Of a DNA stretch of 64,000 nt, positions 59,101 to 64,000 are shown one piece after another. The notes under the pieces were generated by a model that had not been told where the DNA came from, ran no database searches, and saw nothing but the letters and a program-made list of their open reading frames with translations. Source of the DNA: Betaproteobacteria bacterium (GTDB lineage Bacteria > Pseudomonadota > Gammaproteobacteria > Burkholderiales > SG8-39); the NCBI GenBank assembly GCA_947466535.1, contig CANIEV010000001.1, forward strand, positions 12,941 through 76,940, read 5' to 3'. The stretch's first letter is position 1, and each line of letters starts with the position of its first letter. The position numbers and the translations under genes were made by a program.

Positions 59101-60369
59101 ATGTCTAATCCGGAATCGGAAAAGAAGCCCGCGGTCGCAACCACCACCGCGGGCCTCAGAGGCTCGGTGTGGAATTCCGCACGGCTGCCCAAGGACACGC
59201 AGATGTCGGTGCACACGCTTCGTACCCACGACGGAGTGAACGTCACCGGTTATCTCTTCCGCCGCGGCGGCGAGAAGACCGTCTGCTGCTGGATGCATCC
59301 GCGCGAGATCGGCGTGTCGAACTACCTCGTTCCCGACGTGCTCGATGCGGGCGCCGCGGCCTGGGTGATGGGTGCGCGTTCGCCGGGAAACGATATTCGC
59401 CTCGAGCACGAGTCGGCGGTGCTGGACCTCGCCGCCGGCCAGCGCTTTCTGCGCGAGCAGGGTTATCAGAACACGGTGCTGCTCGGCATCTCCGGCGGCG
59501 CGGCTCTCGCGACGATGTACGGCCAGCAATCGGGCCTTGCGCCCGCGAGCCGGATCAAGCGCTCGCCCGCCGGCAAGCCCACCGGACTGGAAGAGGCGGA
59601 ACTGCCTTCGCCCGACGGTTTCATTCTGGTGTCGCCTCATCTCGGGCAGGGCAAGCTGCTGCAGAATTGCATCGACCCTGCGGTGACCGATGAGAACGAT
59701 CCGCTCGAGAGCGACGATTCGCTCTCCGCGTTCAACGCCGCCAACGGCTGGAAGCGCGCGCCCGAGAGCTCCAGCTATGCAGCCGATTTCATCGCGCGTT
59801 ACCGCGAAGCGCAGAAGGCCCGCGTCGCGCGGATAGATGCCTTCGCGCTGGAGAAGGTCAAACGCCGCCAGGATGCGCGCAAGCGCGTCAAGGAAAAGCC
59901 CAGCCGCGCCGACGTCATTCTCGGTGCGTATTCTCCGATCTTTCAGGTATGGCGTACCGATGCCGATCCGCGCTGCTTCGACCTCGGCCTCGAGCCGACC
60001 GATCGCGCCTACGGCACGCTCTGGGGCGCGAATCCGTTTGCATCCAACTACGGCAGCGTCGGATTCGCCCGCGTGTGTACACCCGAGAGCTGGCTGTCGA
60101 ACTGGTCGGCGAACTGTTCCAACGCAACCATGGAAAAGTGCGCGCCCGCGCTCGCCATGCCCACGCTGATGATCCAGTACACCGGCGACAACAGCGTGTT
60201 TCCCTTGGAAGCCGACGCGATCTTCGGCTGGATAGGCTCCTCCGACAAGGTCCGCTACAAGATAAGCGGCAACCATCACGGACAACCGGTTCGCCCGGGC
60301 GAACCGCTAGGCCAGCTCGAGTCGGGTGCGCGGATCAAGGCATGGCTCGCGGAGAAGCGCTTCGTATGA
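59101..60369 (+). CDS. Alpha/beta-fold hydrolase family protein (422 aa)
   Basis: Nucleophile elbow GISGG (LLGISGGAALA) and C-terminal ISGNHHG (candidate catalytic His). Start at ATG 59101; the upstream ORF extension is non-coding. Confidence 0.6.
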   Translation: MSNPESEKKPAVATTTAGLRGSVWNSARLPKDTQMSVHTLRTHDGVNVTGYLFRRGGEKTVCCWMHPREIGVSNYLVPDVLDAGAAAWVMGARSPGNDIRLEHESAVLDLAAGQRFLREQGYQNTVLLGISGGAALATMYGQQSGLAPASRIKRSPAGKPTGLEEAELPSPDGFILVSPHLGQGKLLQNCIDPAVTDENDPLESDDSLSAFNAANGWKRAPESSSYAADFIARYREAQKARVARIDAFALEKVKRRQDARKRVKEKPSRADVILGAYSPIFQVWRTDADPRCFDLGLEPTDRAYGTLWGANPFASNYGSVGFARVCTPESWLSNWSANCSNATMEKCAPALAMPTLMIQYTGDNSVFPLEADAIFGWIGSSDKVRYKISGNHHGQPVRPGEPLGQLESGARIKAWLAEKRFV

Positions 60370-61004
60370 CGGGTAGGCAATACGGCGTGCGTGAACCGAT
60401 GCCGGGAGTCGTGTACCCGCCTCGGGAGGATCTGCAGCGGTATGTGGACGCAGGGGCATTCACCGCCGAGACCTTGATCGGCGCCTTCCGTGACTCGTTC
60501 CGGCGCCACTCGTCACGTATCGCACTCAACGGCCCTGACGGTCCGATGACATATCGCGAGATGGACGAGCGATCCGACCGGCTCGCAGCCGCGCTTCTTG
60601 GCCTGGGCGTCAAGCCGCTCGAACGGGCATTGTTCCAGATGCAAAATTCGGTCGAGCTGGTGATCGCCGTTTTCGCGTGTCTGAAGGTGGGGGTGATCCC
60701 TGTATGTACGCTCACCGGTCATCGGGAGCACGAGATCGGCGAACTCGGACGCAGAGCGGCAGCAGCTGTGCACTTTGTGCAGGGGGACGATCCGAAATTC
60801 GATTTCCCTGCTTTCGCGCTGAAGATGTCAGGAGAAGTTTCCTCGATGCGCCATGTCGTCGTCGCGGGTGGCAAGCCGGTGCAGGGCACGCTTGCGATGG
60901 AGTCGCTGATCGATTCGGTCGATCCCGACTCCGCGCGCGCCGCGGTGGACGATGTGGTTGCAGCCCTCGATCCGTTCCAGATTGCCGTGTTCCAGCTCTC
61001 CGGC
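60366..61004 (+). pseudogene. Aryl-acid AMP ligase / CoA ligase (EntE/DhbE-like adenylating enzyme), 5' fragment only
   Basis: An N-terminal 213 aa or so of an adenylate-forming enzyme (PREDLQRYVDAGAF...TYREMDERSDRLAAALLGLGVKP...DPFQIAVFQLSG) breaks off inside the SGGTTGxPK motif. The reading frame then continues as nonsense to 61163. Confidence 0.75.
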
Positions 61005-61005
61005 G

Positions 61006-61155
61006 CTCGCAACGCAGCCGGTGAAGGATTCCTACGCCCGGCTTCGTTTCGACATCCGCGAGACCGCGTCACCGAAGGAGTTCTCCGATTTCATCGCGGC
61101 CGAACGCAAGGTCTGGGGTCCGGTGATCCGCAATGCGAAGGTGCGGTTGGACTAA
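61006..61155 (+). pseudogene. Bug/TctC-family gene, 3'-terminal remnant (last 49 or so codons)
   Basis: In the +1 frame relative to the ligase fragment: LATQPVKDSYARLRFDIRETASPKEFSDFIAAERKVWGPVIRNAKVRLD. This aligns with the C-termini of the intact Bug proteins in this window (for example TPEEFAAQIKADLATWAKVVKASGAKLD). Confidence 0.7.
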
Positions 61156-61166
61156 CCGTGTAGTTA

Positions 61167-62138
61167 TCAGGTGTCGTAGCTGAACACGGTGACGCCACCC
61201 ATCCACGGCATCACCGCCTCGTAGAAGAGGGTCTTTCCCGGGCCGTCGTTCATCGCGCCCATCAGCGCGGCCCACATCAGCACTTCGCTACCGCCCGAGC
61301 CCGCCACCGGTTCGATCGCGTCGTGCTCCATTACGCAAAGCGCCTTCGAATCGCCCTGTTCCATCGCGCGCAGCACCTCGCGGTCCCAGGGCGCGTTCAC
61401 CAGGTCGGAACGCTCCGCCGCCATTTCCTTTTCGCGCTCGTGCACCAGGCTTCGCGCCTGCGGGTATTTCGCGCGGACCTGCGAGCCGTGGTTGAACACT
61501 TCCCACATGATGCGGTCGAGGTCGTCCTTGAGCGGGCGGCCTTCACGAGGGTACGGCGGCCAGTGCGAGAGCCCGCCGCTTGCTATCAGGCAAACGCGCT
61601 CGGGGCGCCGGTCGATGGTCTTGCGCAGTGCGCGGCCGAACGCATGCGCGCGCTCGACGCGCGGCAGCGGCGGCGCGAAGCAGTTCATGAACACCGGCAC
61701 GATCGGCAGGTCCATCTCCGGGCGCAGGAATCGCAGCGGCATGAGCATGTTGTGCACGAATTCCGCGCTGCCGGAGCGACCGAGATCGAAACCCGCCTCG
61801 ATCGAGTCGCGGTAGATGTCCATCGCGTAGTCGTAGTTTCCGGGAAAGCTCCTGCGCTTCATCTCCAGCCAGGCTTCGCTGTCCGCCGGCGGCCCGAAAT
61901 GCTCGGTGCCCACCGCGATCGACAGCGCCGGCATGTTCGACAGGGTGTACATGTCGAAGTGGTCGTTGATGAGTGCGATGATCAGGTCGGGCTTGCTGGC
62001 CGCGAGTTGCCGGCGGCCCTCGTCGAAGCCTTTTTTCATCCGCTCGACCTGATCCGCGGGCGGTTCGCTCCAGCGATTGCCCAGACCCGGCGTGTGCGTC
62101 ATCGCAAATGCAGAGGCAATGCGGGAGGCGATGCTCAT
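61167..62138 (-). CDS. Class III (LigB-type) extradiol ring-cleavage dioxygenase
   Basis: FAMTHTPG, LINDHFDMYTLSNMPALSIAVG and IASGGLSHWPPYP. 323 aa. Confidence 0.85.
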   Translation of the reverse strand: MSIASRIASAFAMTHTPGLGNRWSEPPADQVERMKKGFDEGRRQLAASKPDLIIALINDHFDMYTLSNMPALSIAVGTEHFGPPADSEAWLEMKRRSFPGNYDYAMDIYRDSIEAGFDLGRSGSAEFVHNMLMPLRFLRPEMDLPIVPVFMNCFAPPLPRVERAHAFGRALRKTIDRRPERVCLIASGGLSHWPPYPREGRPLKDDLDRIMWEVFNHGSQVRAKYPQARSLVHEREKEMAAERSDLVNAPWDREVLRAMEQGDSKALCVMEHDAIEPVAGSGGSEVLMWAALMGAMNDGPGKTLFYEAVMPWMGGVTVFSYDT

Positions 62139-62166
62139 GGGATTCTCGATTCAGTGATTGCAGGAT

Positions 62167-62859
62167 TCATTTTTCGACCGCGGTTCCGGTCTGCAATTTC
62201 GCCACCAGTTCCAGCGTCAGGTCCATATGTCGTATGTGCGCCTCGACCGCCGGCTCGGCGTCGCGCGAAAGAACGATGTCCACCAGCGCCTGGTGCTCGG
62301 AGATGAGTTCTTCCTTGGGCAGCTGGTAGTTCCAGTACAGGCGGCGATAGCGTTCGCTCTCGTCGTACAGGCGTGCGCTCATCTCCTGCATGCGGCGCGA
62401 GCCGCAACCGGAGATCAGGCTCATGTGGAAAGCCTTGTGCAGGATTTCCCATTCATCGACCCAGGGCATGCTGTAGTCGCAGCGCTGCGCATGTTTTTTC
62501 AGGCGATGCAGCGCGGCGAGCACATCAAGTTCCCACGCTTCGCCGCCGAGTGCCACCGAACGTCGCAGCGCTGCGCCCTCGATCACGATGCGCGACTGCA
62601 GGATGTCGAACAGGTCATCGTGTGAGGCGGGCGCGACCCAGAAGCCGCGCTGGCCCGAAGCAGTGACCAGTCCTTCGGAGGTCAGTCGCGACAACGCTTC
62701 GCGGATCGGGCTGGAGCTCACGCCATAGCGCTCGCAGAGCGAACGCAACTGCAGTTTCTCCGCCGGGCGCAGGGCACCCGTACGGATGTCCTCGCGCAGT
62801 TTCTGCGCGACGAGTTCGGCGGAGGTCGAAGGCGCCTCGCGTAGCGCGGTGTCCGACAT
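62167..62859 (-). CDS. GntR-family transcriptional regulator (FadR/FCD subfamily)
   Basis: HTH region LRSLCERYGVSSSPIREALSRLTSEGLV plus an FCD C-terminal domain. Its start abuts the upstream monooxygenase stop. Confidence 0.92.
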   Translation of the reverse strand: MSDTALREAPSTSAELVAQKLREDIRTGALRPAEKLQLRSLCERYGVSSSPIREALSRLTSEGLVTASGQRGFWVAPASHDDLFDILQSRIVIEGAALRRSVALGGEAWELDVLAALHRLKKHAQRCDYSMPWVDEWEILHKAFHMSLISGCGSRRMQEMSARLYDESERYRRLYWNYQLPKEELISEHQALVDIVLSRDAEPAVEAHIRHMDLTLELVAKLQTGTAVEK

Positions 62860-63977
62860 CAGGTCGTTCCCGTCGGGATGTGATTCATCGCGCGCAGCGG
62901 CTGTTTTCGCAACCAGGGCACGCCGGTGACCGTGGCGAACGCGAGCGATCGCATCCTGTCGGGCCAGGTGGTGAGAGCGCTGTAGAAGGTGGACCAGCGC
63001 TGCGTGTGATCGGTGAGCGGGCGCTCGCGCTGCTCCCAGGCGGTAAGTGCCGCGGGCACGTCCTGCGCGGTTTCGAGTTCCACCGCGAGCGCGAGCGCAT
63101 TCATCATCGCGCAGGCTCCGCCCTGGCCGAGGTTCGGTGCCATCGCATGTGCAGCATCGCCAAGCACGACCACCCGGCCGGAGGACCAGCGCGGCATCTT
63201 CACCGTCTCAAAGCGATCCCAGCGCGCTTCGCCGTCGAGACGGTCGATGAGGGCATCGAGGAATGGGAACGACTTTTTCCAGACGTTCTTTTTGATCGGC
63301 AGTGTCTTCGCTTCCGAATCCGAGTCGAGCGCGGTGAGCGCCACATAGAGCTCGGTGTCACTGCATCCCGCGACGAGTATGCGGCGCGTACCCGACCAGT
63401 ACTCGACGTTCATCTTCCCGTCGGGCGTCTGCGCTTCCTCGACGCTGCGCGGGATCATGATGCGTATTGCGCCGTCGGCGAGCGGCTGGCGCCGCATCGG
63501 CAATCTGAGCGAATCGCGCACCCGGGAATGAATGCCATCGGCGGCAAGTACCAGATCGGCCTTCATGCTGCGGCCATTCTCGAGATGCAGCACGCCTTCG
63601 GGATCGGCCGCGATCGCGGTCGAGCCGGTGACGATCTCCGCACCGGCGCGCTCCGCGGCAGCGGCGAGCGCCGAGGCCACCTGCTTTCGGGTGATCTCGT
63701 ACATCCGGCCCGAATAGGACATCTGCGAGGTGGTGTTGCCGTACGCATCTCGCGTCTCACGCACAAGACCCCTGCGCGCATCTCGCACCGAATCGTCCTC
63801 GGCATCCACCGCCTTCAGCACCCGCAGTCCGTTCTCGAAAATCGACAGACCGGAACCCACGATGCGCACGCTCGGCATGCGCTCGTGCACCCGTGCAGTC
63901 CAGCCGCGCCGGCAGAGCGCGGCCGCCGCGGTGAGTCCTGCAAGTCCGGCCCCGGCGATTTCGGCGTGACGTGGCAT
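62859..63977 (-). CDS. FAD-dependent aromatic monooxygenase
   Basis: AEIAGAGLAGLTAAAAL, LAADGIHSRVR and VLGDAAHAMAPNLGQGGACAMMNA. Confidence 0.9.
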   Translation of the reverse strand: MPRHAEIAGAGLAGLTAAAALCRRGWTARVHERMPSVRIVGSGLSIFENGLRVLKAVDAEDDSVRDARRGLVRETRDAYGNTTSQMSYSGRMYEITRKQVASALAAAAERAGAEIVTGSTAIAADPEGVLHLENGRSMKADLVLAADGIHSRVRDSLRLPMRRQPLADGAIRIMIPRSVEEAQTPDGKMNVEYWSGTRRILVAGCSDTELYVALTALDSDSEAKTLPIKKNVWKKSFPFLDALIDRLDGEARWDRFETVKMPRWSSGRVVVLGDAAHAMAPNLGQGGACAMMNALALAVELETAQDVPAALTAWEQRERPLTDHTQRWSTFYSALTTWPDRMRSLAFATVTGVPWLRKQPLRAMNHIPTGTT

Positions 63978-64000
63978 GGCAGCGTTCGGTTCGTTCCGCT

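Overview
GC-rich chromosomal window, most likely from a betaproteobacterium (Burkholderiales-like). That call is an inference from the ATP synthase protein sequences and the many Bug/TctC-family binding proteins. Core genes: metH (986-4669, minus), the complete atpIBEFHAGDC operon (about 11460-18638, plus) with a clean intrinsic terminator, and glpD (26415-27929). The rest is accessory transport and aromatic-acid catabolism. It includes a TRAP transporter operon led by an alpha/beta hydrolase and a VOC protein (6714-11123, minus). It includes a GntR-associated oxygenase cluster (29353-46932) with an HpaB-like monooxygenase, a two-subunit Rieske dioxygenase, a single-subunit Rieske oxygenase, a LigB-type extradiol dioxygenase, two meta-cleavage-type hydrolases, a UbiD decarboxylase and dihydroxyphthalate-decarboxylase-like proteins. 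A tightly packed minus-strand operon (46956-55419) encodes an acyl-CoA dehydrogenase, a DppBCDF-type ABC importer with no family-5 binding protein, two Bug binding proteins and a flavin monooxygenase. A TetR-associated cluster (55576-61004) looks like CoA-thioester-dependent aromatic hydroxylation. A final minus-strand unit has a LigB-type dioxygenase, a GntR regulator and a flavin monooxygenase (61167-63977). I saw no rRNA, tRNA, CRISPR array, IS element, phage gene or recognisable defence system. The main oddities are gene-decay and rearrangement scars, transport and oxygenase systems missing expected partners, and a few unexplained leader or intergenic structures. The scars are a frameshifted rhodanese gene, an HTH-only LysR remnant, and an aryl-AMP ligase 5' half fused to a Bug 3' end. 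The missing partners are an ABC importer with no cognate binding protein, Bug proteins with no TctAB, and Rieske and HpaB oxygenases with no reductase. There is also a two-component system split by an inserted MhpB-like dioxygenase. All functional calls rest on my recognition of family motifs in the translated ORFs; no database search was run. Nothing here can be declared a new system from sequence alone. The best candidates are the binding-protein-less ABC plus Bug operon and the partner-less oxygenase island.
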